Shown here one piece after another: positions 30,283-40,500 of a stretch of DNA of 64,000 nucleotides (its first letter is position 1; the number at the start of each line of letters is the position of its first letter). The notes beneath the pieces were generated by a model. That model was not told where the DNA came from and ran no database searches. It was given only the letters and a program-made list of their open reading frames with translations. The stretch lies in the NCBI GenBank assembly GCA_963706915.1, contig CAVPOH010000009.1:126765-190764 (forward strand), read 5' to 3'. A program made the translations under genes and the position numbers. This stretch comes from an uncultured Actinomycetes bacterium (GTDB taxonomy: Bacteria > Actinomycetota > Thermoleophilia > Gaiellales > Gaiellaceae).

Positions 30283-31365
30283 CTACAGAACCGTCAGGGC
30301 CTTGCGGATCTGGCCCTGGCGGCGCGACTGGACCGCTTCGGCGAGGGCGCGGATCGCCTCACTCGCCTCGGCCGTGGGCGCGGCCTCGAGAACCGGCCGG
30401 CCCGCGTCTGCGGCTTCGCGGAGGGCGGGGTCGAACGGGATCCGCGCCAGGACCGGCGCGTCGATCTCCGTTGCGAGCGCCTCGCCGCCGCCCGCACCGA
30501 ACAGCTCCTGACCCGAGCCGACGAGCCACGACATGTTCTCGACGACCCCGACGACGCGCATCCCGAGCTTCTGCGCCATCACCGCGGCGCGGACGGCGAC
30601 CTGCTGCGCAGCCGGCTGCGGGGTCGTGACGATCAGCGCCTCGGCGCGCGGCAGGAGCTGCCCGATCGAGATCGCGACGTCACCCGTGCCGGGCGGCATG
30701 TCGACGACGAGGGTGTCGAGCTCGCCCCAGTGGACGTCCGAGAGGAACTGCTCGAGCGCCTTGTGAAGCATGGGGCCGCGCCACATGATCGGCCCGTTGT
30801 CCTCGGCGAACAGCCCGATGGACATGACCTTCAGCTCGCCGCGCACGGGCGGGACGATCATCGAGTCGACGACGATCGGTCGCTGGGAAATCCCGAGCAC
30901 GTGGGGGATCGAGTAGCCGTAGACGTCGGCGTCGAGCACGCCGACCCGCTCCCCGCGCTCGACGAGGGCGGCCGCGAGGTTCGCGGTCAGCGTCGACTTG
31001 CCGACGCCGCCCTTGCCAGAGGCGACCGCGACCACGCGGGTTCCCGGGTCGAGCTGGATCTCGCGCTCGGGTCGCCCGCCGCGGAGTCTGGTCGCGAGCG
31101 CAGCCTTCTCCTCGGGGCTCATCACGTCGAAGTGGAGGGCGACGCGCGTCACGCCCGCGACGCTGCCGACGTGCGTCGCGACCTGATCCTGGAAGCTCGA
31201 GCGGAGCGGACAGCCGGCGACCGTGAGCGCGATCGTCACGTCGACGGCGCCGTCCTCGGCTACCACGACGTCTCGCACCATCTCGAGCTCCGTCACGGGG
31301 CGCTTGAGCTCGGGGTCGATGACGAGCTCGAGGACCTTCAGGATCGCGTCGCGCTCCGGCGCCAT
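30283..31365 (-). CDS. mrp: Mrp/NBP35 (ApbC) Fe-S cluster carrier ATPase
   Basis: N-terminal DPEL..LTVAGCP domain; SGKGGVGKST, DADVYG, WRGPM, DMPPGTGD, VENMS. Confidence 0.93.
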   Translation of the reverse strand: MAPERDAILKVLELVIDPELKRPVTELEMVRDVVVAEDGAVDVTIALTVAGCPLRSSFQDQVATHVGSVAGVTRVALHFDVMSPEEKAALATRLRGGRPEREIQLDPGTRVVAVASGKGGVGKSTLTANLAAALVERGERVGVLDADVYGYSIPHVLGISQRPIVVDSMIVPPVRGELKVMSIGLFAEDNGPIMWRGPMLHKALEQFLSDVHWGELDTLVVDMPPGTGDVAISIGQLLPRAEALIVTTPQPAAQQVAVRAAVMAQKLGMRVVGVVENMSWLVGSGQELFGAGGGEALATEIDAPVLARIPFDPALREAADAGRPVLEAAPTAEASEAIRALAEAVQSRRQGQIRKALTVL

Positions 31366-31387
31366 GCACCCAGCGTAGCCTCTCGGC

Positions 31388-31726
31388 GTGGCCGATCCGC
31401 GTACCAGGCTCGCCTCCTTCGCCCTCGGGCTCCCGGGCGCGACCGAGGACTTCCCCTGGGGCGAGAGGGTCGTCAAGGTGCGCGGCAAGATCTTCGTGTT
31501 CCTCGGCGGAACGGCGCCGTCGATAACCGTGAAGCTCGTCGAGTCCCACCCGCACGCGCTCTCGGTCGACGGCGCCGCGCCGACCGGCTATGGGCTCGGC
31601 AAGGCCGGCTGGGTGACCGTTCCGGTGTCCGATCTCCCGATTGCGACGCTCCGCGACTGGGTCGAGGAGAGCTATCGCCTTGTCGCCCCGAAGCGCCTCG
31701 TGGCCGAGCTGGACGCGCGCGGCTGA
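31388..31726 (+). CDS. MmcQ/YjbR family protein
   Basis: DFPWGERVVKVRGKIF, GYGLGKAGWV, ESYRLVAPKRL. Confidence 0.88.
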   Translation: MADPRTRLASFALGLPGATEDFPWGERVVKVRGKIFVFLGGTAPSITVKLVESHPHALSVDGAAPTGYGLGKAGWVTVPVSDLPIATLRDWVEESYRLVAPKRLVAELDARG

Positions 31727-31747
31727 CAACCGCGAGACGCCCGCCGG

Positions 31748-32668
31748 CTATGCGTCCGCGAAGACGGTCGCCCAGTCGTCCTTCACGCTGACAACCGTCC
31801 AGGCCTCGGCGCGGGCGCGCTCGAGCGCCCGCTCGGCGCCCTTCACGTAGGCGAACTCCCGCTCGGGGTCGTCGTGGAGGACGAGCAGGCGGAGCGCCGG
31901 CCTGTCCCTCCCGCCCGCGAAGCGGAGCATCGGCACGTCCCCGTTCGAGTTGCCCGCCGCGACGACCGGCCGCCGCCCGATCCTGCTCCAGATCCGGACG
32001 GGCTTCACCGGGCCGTCGTCGAACACGTCGGGCTGCGCGAGGTAGGCGAGCGAGCCGCCGTGGTCGTCGTCGGTGTACGCGAGACCGTTCGAGCTCCCGA
32101 CGACGCGCTCGGGCGGGATCCCGTAGAGCTCCCCGGTGACGGCACGCATGAAGTCGCGGCTTCCGCCGGAGGCGATGAAACACGTGAACCCGTTCGCCTC
32201 GAGGTGGCGCAGAAGCTCGACCATGGGCACGTACCAGCAGTCCCGGAGCCGCCGTCCGAGCGTCGGGTGTGAGGCCCCGTCGAGGAAGCCCGCGGCGGCC
32301 GCGAGGTAGTCCTCCACCGTCTGGCCTGCGAAGGCCGCCAGCATCCCCCCGAGCAGCACCTTGACGTCACTGTCGTCCCCCGCGTAGTGCTTGTCGATGA
32401 CGGCGCCGAGCCACGCGTAGTCCTTCTCGTAGGCCGCCTTCCACGGCTGCCGGTCACGCAGCGTCGCCTCCGCCTCGGCGGATGCGGCGAGCCGCTCGAG
32501 GATGAACCCGAGCTCGACCGGCATCGGCTTCTCGCACCAGAGCGTGCCGTCGTTGTCGAAGACGGCGACCCGATCCTCCGGCGGGATGATCTGCGCCGCG
32601 TTCTCTGTGAATGCGACGATCGACCGCGTCGTCGGCGTGTCGTTCCAGGAGGCGAGGCTCGGCGTCAA
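31748..32668 (-). CDS. HAD-family hydrolase (non-specific acid phosphatase type)
   Basis: FDNDGTLWCEKP, SGG, GNSNGD, HDDPEREFAY; TTG overlaps the sulfatase stop. Confidence 0.88.
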   Translation of the reverse strand: MTPSLASWNDTPTTRSIVAFTENAAQIIPPEDRVAVFDNDGTLWCEKPMPVELGFILERLAASAEAEATLRDRQPWKAAYEKDYAWLGAVIDKHYAGDDSDVKVLLGGMLAAFAGQTVEDYLAAAAGFLDGASHPTLGRRLRDCWYVPMVELLRHLEANGFTCFIASGGSRDFMRAVTGELYGIPPERVVGSSNGLAYTDDDHGGSLAYLAQPDVFDDGPVKPVRIWSRIGRRPVVAAGNSNGDVPMLRFAGGRDRPALRLLVLHDDPEREFAYVKGAERALERARAEAWTVVSVKDDWATVFADA

Positions 32669-34206
32669 TCGTGCGCGCCGCCCGCGGCGGCCTCCATCCG
32701 CTCGAGCGCCTGGTCGATCGTGAAGCTCGCGGCCTTCTGGCGCGGCGGGAAGGCCCGGAACGTCCCGAGGAAGTCCACCACGATTGCCTGCGCGGCGAGG
32801 ATCAGGTACGCCTTCGAGAGGTACCAGTCCCAGTACGTGTTCGAGGTCGTGTCCGCCCGCTCGAACGGGTCGGTGCGGAGGTTGAAGAGCTTCGGCACCC
32901 GCAGCGGCACGAACGGCTCCGCCCACAGCTCGAGGGTTCCGCGCGCCCGTTGCTCCATGAAGACGAGCTTCCAGTTGTCGAACCGCAATGCGACGAGATC
33001 GCCATCGTCCGAGAAGTAGATGAAGCCCTTGCGCGGGCTGTTGTCCTCCTCCCCGGTCAGGTACGGGAGCAGGTTGAAGCCGTCGATGTGCACCTTGAAG
33101 GTCTTGCCGGCGGCCTCGTGGCCGACCTTCAGCTTCTCGACGACGTCCGGCTCGCCGGCCGCCGCGAGGAAGGTTGGCAGCCAGTCGTGGTGCTGGACGA
33201 TCTCGTTGGAGACGACGTCGGCCGGGATCTTCCCGGGCCAGCGCAGGAGCAACGGCACGCGGAACGCGCCCTCCCAGTTCGTGTTCTTCTCGCTCCGGAA
33301 CGGCGTCATCGCCCCGTCTGGCCACGTGTTCATGTGCGGCCCGTTGTCGGTCGCGTACATCACGATCGTGTCGTCGGCGATCCCGAGCCGGTCGAGCAGG
33401 TCGAGGAGCTGGCCGACGTGGCGGTCGTGGTCGAGCATCGTGTCGTGGTAGGGCGACTGCCAGCGGCCGGCCTTGCCGAGGCTTCGGCGCTTGGTGTGCG
33501 TGCGGAAGTGCATGTGCGTCGTGTTCACCCAGCAGAAGAACGGCTTGCGCCGGTTGTGCTGGCGCTGGATGAAGTCGCAGGCCGCGTCGACGAACTCGTC
33601 GTCGCAGGTCTCCATCCGCTTCCGGGTCAGCGGCCCCGTGTCCTGGATCCGCTGCCTGCCGACGTGGCCCCAGCGCGGGTGCTCCTTCGGATCGTCCTTC
33701 GTCGTCGCCCTGCACCGCAGCACGCCGCGCGGGCCGAACCGCTCCCGGAACTCCGGGAAGCCGTGCTTATCCGGGTAGTCGGGATCCTCGGGATCCTCCT
33801 CGGCGTTCAGGTGGTAGAGGTTCCCGAAGAACTCATCGAAGCCGTGCACCGTCGGCAGGAACTCGTTCCTGTCCCCGAGGTGGTTCTTGCCGAACTGCCC
33901 CGTGCTGTAGCCCTGGTTCTTCAGGAGCTCGGCGATCGTCGGGTCCTCCGCCTGCAGCCCGACCGGCGCGCTCGGCAGGCCTACCTTGCTGAGCCCCGTG
34001 CGGAAGACGCTCTGCCCCGTGATGAACGACGACCGGCCGGCCGTGCAGCTCTGTTCGCCGTAGGCGTCGGTGAAGCGCATCCCCTCGTCCGCGATCCGGT
34101 CGATGTTCGGGGTCCGGTAGCCCATCAGCCCGTCGCTGTAGCAGCTGAGGTTCGTGATCCCGATGTCGTCCCCCCAGATCACGAGGATGTTCGGCTTGTC
34201 GGGCAT
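32665..34206 (-). CDS. Arylsulfatase (Cys-type, CTAGR motif)
   Basis: PNILVIWGDDIG, QSCTAGRSSFITG, GKNHLG, TDNG. Confidence 0.93.
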   Translation of the reverse strand: MPDKPNILVIWGDDIGITNLSCYSDGLMGYRTPNIDRIADEGMRFTDAYGEQSCTAGRSSFITGQSVFRTGLSKVGLPSAPVGLQAEDPTIAELLKNQGYSTGQFGKNHLGDRNEFLPTVHGFDEFFGNLYHLNAEEDPEDPDYPDKHGFPEFRERFGPRGVLRCRATTKDDPKEHPRWGHVGRQRIQDTGPLTRKRMETCDDEFVDAACDFIQRQHNRRKPFFCWVNTTHMHFRTHTKRRSLGKAGRWQSPYHDTMLDHDRHVGQLLDLLDRLGIADDTIVMYATDNGPHMNTWPDGAMTPFRSEKNTNWEGAFRVPLLLRWPGKIPADVVSNEIVQHHDWLPTFLAAAGEPDVVEKLKVGHEAAGKTFKVHIDGFNLLPYLTGEEDNSPRKGFIYFSDDGDLVALRFDNWKLVFMEQRARGTLELWAEPFVPLRVPKLFNLRTDPFERADTTSNTYWDWYLSKAYLILAAQAIVVDFLGTFRAFPPRQKAASFTIDQALERMEAAAGGAHD

Positions 34207-35216
34207 CAGACGGTTGCTCCTTCTCCCCTCGAGGGTGGGTGGCGGACGATGCAGCGGAAGCCGAGGTGCGACATCGACGTGTCGATCATCTGCGGCTGGC
34301 GGGCGGCCGGGCGGTAGCGCAGGCAGTAGTTCGGCGCGCAGAGGTGCGAGCCGCCCTTGATCACCCGGCGCGGGATGTGCTCACCGGGCTGGCCGGGGTT
34401 GTAGCTCTCGTCAGGTGAGGTCACGCGCAGGTTGGCCGGGACGCAGCACGGGCTCGCGACCTCGTCCGGATGGCGCGGCACGTACCAGTCCGACGTCCAC
34501 TCCCAGACGTTCCCCGTGATGTCGTAGAGGCCGTAGCCGTTGGGCGGGAAGCTCCCGACGGGCGACGTCCCGCGAAACCCGTCCAGCTCGAGGTTCTGCC
34601 ATGGGAACTCGCCCTGCCAGGTGTTCGCCATCGCCTTGCCGTCCGGGAAGTGGTCGTCGCCCCAGGCGAAGGCCGCTCCTTCGAGCCCACCGCGCGCGGC
34701 GAACTCCCACTCCGACTCCGTCGGCAGCTCCTTCCCGGCCCACGCCGCGTACGCCTCGGCGTCCTCGCAGGCCACGTGAACGACCGGGTGACGGTCACGA
34801 CCGTTGACCGTCGTCCCCTTCCCTCCCGGGCGCTTCCAGAAGGCGCCGGGAAGGTACGCCCACCAGTTCCGGTAGTCGTCGAGGTCGACCGGTCCCGTCG
34901 TGCCGTGGAAGACGAGCGAGCCGGGGACGAGGAGGTCGCGGTCGGCGTCCGGATACTGCTCGGGGTCGAGTGGGCGCTCGGCGACGGTGACGTACTTCGT
35001 CTCGCGGACGAAGCGCCGGAAGTCGGCCGCCGTGACGGGTGTCTCGTCCATCCAGAAGCCGTCGACCCTGACGCGGTGGACGGGCCGCTCCTCGGGATAG
35101 AAGGCGTCGGAGCCCATGGCGAACATCCCGCCCGGGATCCAGCGCATGCCCGGCGCCGGCGGTGGGCCGGGCAACGCGATCCGATCCGTAGGCGCCTCGG
35201 TCGAGCGCTGCCCCAT
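34206..35216 (-). CDS. Formylglycine-generating enzyme (SUMF1/FGE)
   Basis: LPTESEWEFAARGG, GNVWEW, KGGSHLCAPNYCLRYRPAAR, HLGFRC. Confidence 0.92.
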   Translation of the reverse strand: MGQRSTEAPTDRIALPGPPPAPGMRWIPGGMFAMGSDAFYPEERPVHRVRVDGFWMDETPVTAADFRRFVRETKYVTVAERPLDPEQYPDADRDLLVPGSLVFHGTTGPVDLDDYRNWWAYLPGAFWKRPGGKGTTVNGRDRHPVVHVACEDAEAYAAWAGKELPTESEWEFAARGGLEGAAFAWGDDHFPDGKAMANTWQGEFPWQNLELDGFRGTSPVGSFPPNGYGLYDITGNVWEWTSDWYVPRHPDEVASPCCVPANLRVTSPDESYNPGQPGEHIPRRVIKGGSHLCAPNYCLRYRPAARQPQMIDTSMSHLGFRCIVRHPPSRGEGATV

Positions 35217-35224
35217 GCGGCTGC

Positions 35225-37583
35225 CTACTGCCTCGCCATCGCGATCCGGAAGCGTTCCTCCGGCGAGATCAGGTGGTCCGCGTCCTCTGCCGACTCGTCG
35301 ATGTCGAGCTGCACCCAGCGCACGGTGCCGGTGAACGCGCTGTCCGTCGGCCCGTAGTCGTCGCTGACCGGGGTCGCGGTGTCGCTCCCCACATCGGTCG
35401 TCTCGTCGGCCGAGAAGAGCATCGGGACTGTCCCGTCGACACGACCCTGGCCGACCTCCTCGCCGTCGACGTAGAGCAGGACGGTTCCTCCCTTGCCGAG
35501 ACCGCCGCCGTCGTAGGCGAACTCCATCCGGACCTGGCGCTCGCCCGCATGGAGCGGCTCGTCGCCATAGACCTTGAACTGCTGCAGCCCGAAGAGGTTG
35601 TAACAGTAGGCCGGCCTCCCGTCCTTGGCGTAGAGCACGAAGCCGCCGAAAGCGCCGCCCTGGCTGATGATCACGCCGTTCGCGCCTCCCTGCGGAACCG
35701 AGACCTCGGCCGTGATCGAGTGCGAGCGATTCTTGAGCGCGACGATCGAGTTCTCGGTCAAGCGTCCCATGCTGCCGTAGAGGAGCTGCGAGGTGCCGCG
35801 GACGAGCTGCGGCCGGCCCGCGAGGTCGGGGTTGAAACGCTCGAAGCGGCGGTCGTCGAGCGGCAGCACGTTGTACTTCCGTGCCTCGCTCAGGAACAGC
35901 GCCTGGAGCTCGGCGAGCTTCTCGGGCTGCTCTGCCGCGCGGTCGTGTGCCTGCGTCCAGTCGTCCGGCCCGTAGAGCTCCCAGACGTCGTCGTCGAACG
36001 CGGGCATCTCGGTCGCCATCCACGGGATGCTGTGGCGCGTCACGGCCGTCCAACCATCGTGGTAGATGCCGCGGTTGCAGAACATCTCGAAGTACTGGGT
36101 CGTGTGCCGGTCAGCGGCGCTCGCGTCGTCGAACGAGTAGGCCATCGAGACGCCCTCGAGCGGCTGCTGTTCGACGCCGTTCACGCTCAGCGGCGCGCGG
36201 CAGCCCGGCCGCTTCGAGAACGGTCGGGGCGACGTCGATCACGTGGTGGAACTGCGCGCGGATCTCGCCGCGGGCCCGGATGCCGTTCGGCCACTGCACG
36301 ATCGTGCCGTTCCGGGTCCCGCCCCAGTGCGAGGCGATCTGCTTCGTCCACTGGTACGGCGTGTCCATTGCGTGCGCCCAGCCGACGGCGTAGTGGTTGT
36401 ACGCCGCCGGCGTGCCGAGGTCGTCGATCCTCGAGACCATGAACTCCGTCGTCTCGATGCCGAACGCGCCGTTCAGGACGACGAGCTCGTTGAAGCACCC
36501 GTTGGGCGTTCCCTCGGCCGAGGCGCCGTTGTCGCCGATGACGTAGTAGACGAGCGTGTCGTCGAGGATCTCGAGCTCCGACAGTGAGTCGACCAGCCGT
36601 CCCACGTGGTGGTCGGTGTGCTCGAGGAACCCCGCGTAGACCTCCATCTGGCGCGCGAGCACCGGCTTCAGGTCGTCGGGCATGTCGTCCCAGGCCGGGA
36701 TCTCCGCCGGCCGCTCGGTGAGCTCCGCGTCGGGGGGGATCACGCCGAGCTCCTTCTGCCGGGCGAATGTCCGCTCGCGGAGCGCATCCCATCCGTCGTC
36801 GAAGACGCCCTTGTACTTGTCCGACCACTCGGTCGGCACGTGGTGCGGCGCGTGGGTGGCGCCCGGCGCGAAGTAGACGAAGAACGGCTTGTCCGGCATC
36901 AGCGCCTTCTGCTGCTTGATCCAGTCGATCGCCTGGTCGGTCATGTCCTCGGTGAAGTGGTAGCCCTCCTCCACTGTCTTCGGCTGCTCGATCGGAACCG
37001 TGTCGCGATAGATCGCGGGCGCGTACTGATTCGTCTCGCCGCCGATGAAGCCGTAGAAGTGCTCGAAGCCGGAGCCGGTCGGCCAGGCGTTGAACGGGCC
37101 CATCGGGCTCGTCTCCCAGACCGGTACCTCGTGGCACTTGCCGAACTGCGCCGTCGCGTAGCCGTTGAGCTTGAGCGTCTCCGCGAGCGGCGCCGTCGTG
37201 TTCGGGCGGATCGAGTTGTAGCCCGGGGCCGAGGTCGCGATCTCCGTGATCCCGCCCATGCCGACCGAGTGGTGGTTGCGGCCCGTGAGGAGCGCCTGCC
37301 GGGTCGGCGAGCAGAGCGCGGTGGTGTGGAAGCGGTTGTACTTGAGCCCCTCGCTCGCGAGACGCTCGGCAGTCGGCGTCGAGCACGGGCCGCCGAAGGC
37401 GCTGGAGGCGCCGAACCCGGCGTCGTCGAGCAGGACGATGAGGACGTTCGGCGCGCCGGCCGGGGGGCGCAACGGCTCGATCGGCGGGAAGGTCGCGTCC
37501 GGGTCCTTCGCGTCCTCGTACACGGGGCCGTCGTACGGCGCGTCCGGGATCGGGAGGACGTCACGTTGAGGCTCGCGAGCCAT
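35225..37583 (-). CDS. Large arylsulfatase (AtsA-like) with a C-terminal LamG-like domain; one frameshift near 36190
   Basis: ALCSPTRQALLTGRNHH, GDNGASAEG, HVIDVAPT in one frame; VNGVEQQPLEG..QYFEMFCNR continues in another. Confidence 0.9.
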
Positions 37584-37597
37584 CGACTCTCCTCTGT

Positions 37598-37786
37598 TCA
37601 GCGGCGCGCGAGCGCCGCGATGAAGCCCATCAGGATGAACCCGGCCCCAATCCCGATCAGGAGCCAGGCGAAGAAGTCGCCGAGTAGGATGCCGAGGCCG
37701 ATGCCGACGAGGATGCCGCCGGGGAACGCCGGACCGCCGTACTCGTAACCGCGTCCCGAGGCGGAGCGAGTGGTCGCGTCGTTCAC
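37598..37786 (-). CDS. Small two-TM membrane protein
   Basis: Strong GGAGGAGG RBS; Gly-rich hydrophobic helices. Confidence 0.65.
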   Translation of the reverse strand: MNDATTRSASGRGYEYGGPAFPGGILVGIGLGILLGDFFAWLLIGIGAGFILMGFIAALARR

Positions 37787-38103
37787 GAGCCTCCTCCTTC
37801 TCCTCGCGCAGCGCGCAGTCTCGCGTGATCGCGACGAGCGCGCGGTCGAGATCGCGAGCGGCTAGCCCGATCCTGCCCGGTGAACTGCGTGATCATGTCG
37901 ACCTCCGAGGTCGTCGACGACGGCGGCGTCGGGCTCGACTCTATGCGTCCAGTCGCCCCCCGGGTCGCAGACGCGTTGCCCGGCCGTTGCCGCGCTCGAG
38001 CACCCATCACACTGACGACGGGCCGCAGCCGTACTAGGATGTCGCGGCCTGGCTCGTCGCGCCGTCGCTGGGGCAGGCTGTCAACACACCCTCGGAGAGG
38101 TAG

Positions 38104-38508
38104 GTGGCAGTGCCCGTAGCAGCGGACTATCCGTTCCTCGACGTCCTCTGGACGATGCTCGTCTTCTTCATCTGGATCGCCTGGTTCATCATCCTGTTCA
38201 GGGTCCTGATCGACATCTTCCGCCGGCACGATCTCGGCGGCGGGATGAAGGTGGTCTGGATCCTCTTCGTCATCCTGTTGCCGTTCCTCGGCGTGTTCGT
38301 CTACATCATCTCGCAGGGCCACCACATGGCCGAGCGCGACATGAAGCAGGCGCAGGCCTCCCAGGCGCAGTTCGACGATTACGTCAAGTCCGTCGCCGGT
38401 GGCGGGGCCGCATCGGAGATCGAGAAGGCGAACGCCCTTCTCAGCTCCGGCGCGATCACGCAGGCCGAGTTCGACGAGCTCAAGCGCAAGGCGCTGGCGG
38501 CCTCGTAA
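38104..38508 (+). CDS. PLDc_N + SHOCT domain membrane protein
   Basis: DIFRRHDLGG..KVVWILFVILLPFLG and LLSSGAITQAEFDELKRKAL. Confidence 0.88.
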   Translation: MAVPVAADYPFLDVLWTMLVFFIWIAWFIILFRVLIDIFRRHDLGGGMKVVWILFVILLPFLGVFVYIISQGHHMAERDMKQAQASQAQFDDYVKSVAGGGAASEIEKANALLSSGAITQAEFDELKRKALAAS

Positions 38509-38547
38509 GCACGGCTCCGACGGCGGGCCGGCGACGGCCCGCCGTCC

Positions 38548-39279
38548 TCACTCGAAGGCGCTGATCGCGAACGCGGTGGCGAAGCCGAGCGTGGTCACCA
38601 CGCCGACCCACCTGCCGCCGTTTGCGAACGCCTCGGGCATCATCGTGTCGGCGAGCATCGTCAGGATCGCCCCGCCGGCGAACGCGAGGACGAACGCCAC
38701 GACCGAGGGGGACGCCGAGTCGAAGAGACCGAACCCCGCGAGGGCCGCGAGCCCGGAGACGGCCACGATCCCCACCCACAGCAGCAGCACCCGCGAGCTC
38801 CGCCAGCCGGATGCCCGGAGGCCCGCCGTTGCTGCAACCGCCTCTGGCAGGTTCGAGAGGAAGACCGCCGCGAGCATCGCCACGCTCACCGTGCCTCCCT
38901 GCAGCAGGGTGAGACCGAGGACGGCGGACTCCGGGATCCCGTCGAGCACGGTGCCGAGGACGATCGCGAGCGGCGACCCGCCGGCGCCGGCGCCTTGCAT
39001 GTTCTTACGCTCGGCGCCGCCGAGGCGGTCGATGACGGCGTCGCCGAGCGTGTAGACCGCGCAGCCCGCGAACAGCCCCGACGCGACGTCGCTGAGCACG
39101 CCGGAGGTATCGAACGCCTCCTCGACGAGCTCGAACGCCACCGCACTGAGAAGGACGCCCGCGCCGAAGCCCATCACGAGCCCGAGGACGAGCCGGTTCA
39201 CCGTGACGCGGAGCGCGAACGCCGCGCCGATGAGGAGCGAGGAGCTTGCGAAGGCCCCCCACCAGAGCGCCTCGAGCAC
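38548..39279 (-). CDS. ZIP-family (GufA-like) metal transporter
   Basis: GFGAGVLLSA, LDGIPES, SNLPEA, DTMMPEAF. Confidence 0.85.
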   Translation of the reverse strand: MLEALWWGAFASSSLLIGAAFALRVTVNRLVLGLVMGFGAGVLLSAVAFELVEEAFDTSGVLSDVASGLFAGCAVYTLGDAVIDRLGGAERKNMQGAGAGGSPLAIVLGTVLDGIPESAVLGLTLLQGGTVSVAMLAAVFLSNLPEAVAATAGLRASGWRSSRVLLLWVGIVAVSGLAALAGFGLFDSASPSVVAFVLAFAGGAILTMLADTMMPEAFANGGRWVGVVTTLGFATAFAISAFE

Positions 39280-39282
39280 CGG

Positions 39283-40386
39283 CTAGGCGGCGGTCTCCGG
39301 TGCCACGGCTTCCGACGGCGCCGCTTCGGCCGCGGCGCGAATCTGGGCGATCCGTGCTCGGTGCGCCTTGGTCACCTCGAGGACGACGATCTGGAGCGAC
39401 GCGGTGACCGGGACGGCGACGAGCGCGCCGAGCACGCCCAGGAGCGCGCCGAACAGCGTGACGCCGAGGATGACGAAGAACGGGGAGATGTTGACGGCCT
39501 TGCCGTAGATGGTCGGCCCGAGCAGGTTGTTCTCGACCTGCTGGTAGACGAGGATCACGACGAGCATGATCACGGCGGCCGTGATGCCCTCCTCCGCCCA
39601 GAGGGTCGGGACGAGGATGAAGCCCGCGATCGTCGCCCCGATATTGGGGATCAGATCGAGGAAGCCCGCGATCAGGCCGAGCGCGAGCGCGTAGCTGGAG
39701 CCGAGGAGGAACGCGGCGAGGCCCTGCGTCGTGCCGGCGATCAGGGCGATCGTGATCGCGCCGATCGCCCAGCGAGAGATGGTCTCCGTGACGTTCTCCC
39801 AGACCTCGAGCCAACGCTCGGACTCGGTCGGCACGAGCATCGAGCGCAGCGCTCCCTTGAGGCGCGGCATGTCCACGAGGAGGAAGAGCGCGAGGAAGAT
39901 CAGCGTGAAGGCAGTCAGCCCGGCCGAGAACGCGTTGCCCGCGACGCCAAGGATCGCGCTGATCGCGTCTGGGATCGTCGACGAGAGGTCGTTCGCGCCC
40001 TGCTGGACGTTCTCGGCGGCACCCGAGTCGCCGAGCCACGACAGCTCGTCCGAGTCGCGGAGCTCGTCGACGAGGTCCGGCAGCTGGTGGAGGAAGTCCC
40101 GTAGGGAGCCGACGAGCGGGACGAGCAGGATCAGCGCGAGCACCACGACGGCGACCGTCGTGCCGAGGACGACGATCGTCGCGGAGAGCCCGCGCCCGAG
40201 GCCGGTGCAGCGCATGAACCACCGCACGGGGATCTCGAACACGAGCGCGAGGAAGATGCCGATGAAGACGATGACGAGCGCGTCGATGATCGAGACGACC
40301 GCGGCCGCGAGCCCGACGATGAGCGCCGCGATCAGGAGCGTCCGGACGGTGATCGCCGTCTCGAAGAGTCTGCGCTTCACCGGCAC
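39283..40386 (-). CDS. AI-2E family transporter
   Basis: LIPNIG, YQQVENNLLGP, GVLGALVAVP. Confidence 0.9.
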   Translation of the reverse strand: MPVKRRLFETAITVRTLLIAALIVGLAAAVVSIIDALVIVFIGIFLALVFEIPVRWFMRCTGLGRGLSATIVVLGTTVAVVVLALILLVPLVGSLRDFLHQLPDLVDELRDSDELSWLGDSGAAENVQQGANDLSSTIPDAISAILGVAGNAFSAGLTAFTLIFLALFLLVDMPRLKGALRSMLVPTESERWLEVWENVTETISRWAIGAITIALIAGTTQGLAAFLLGSSYALALGLIAGFLDLIPNIGATIAGFILVPTLWAEEGITAAVIMLVVILVYQQVENNLLGPTIYGKAVNISPFFVILGVTLFGALLGVLGALVAVPVTASLQIVVLEVTKAHRARIAQIRAAAEAAPSEAVAPETAA

Positions 40387-40500
40387 CGCGCGAGCATAGA
40401 ACGTCGATCAGCCGGACACGTCGCGGACAGGGGTTGCGCCGGTTCAGCGTCGGCGTGGCGGCCGCGTTCGCGCTGGTCGCCGGGTCCGCCCCGTTTGCAG

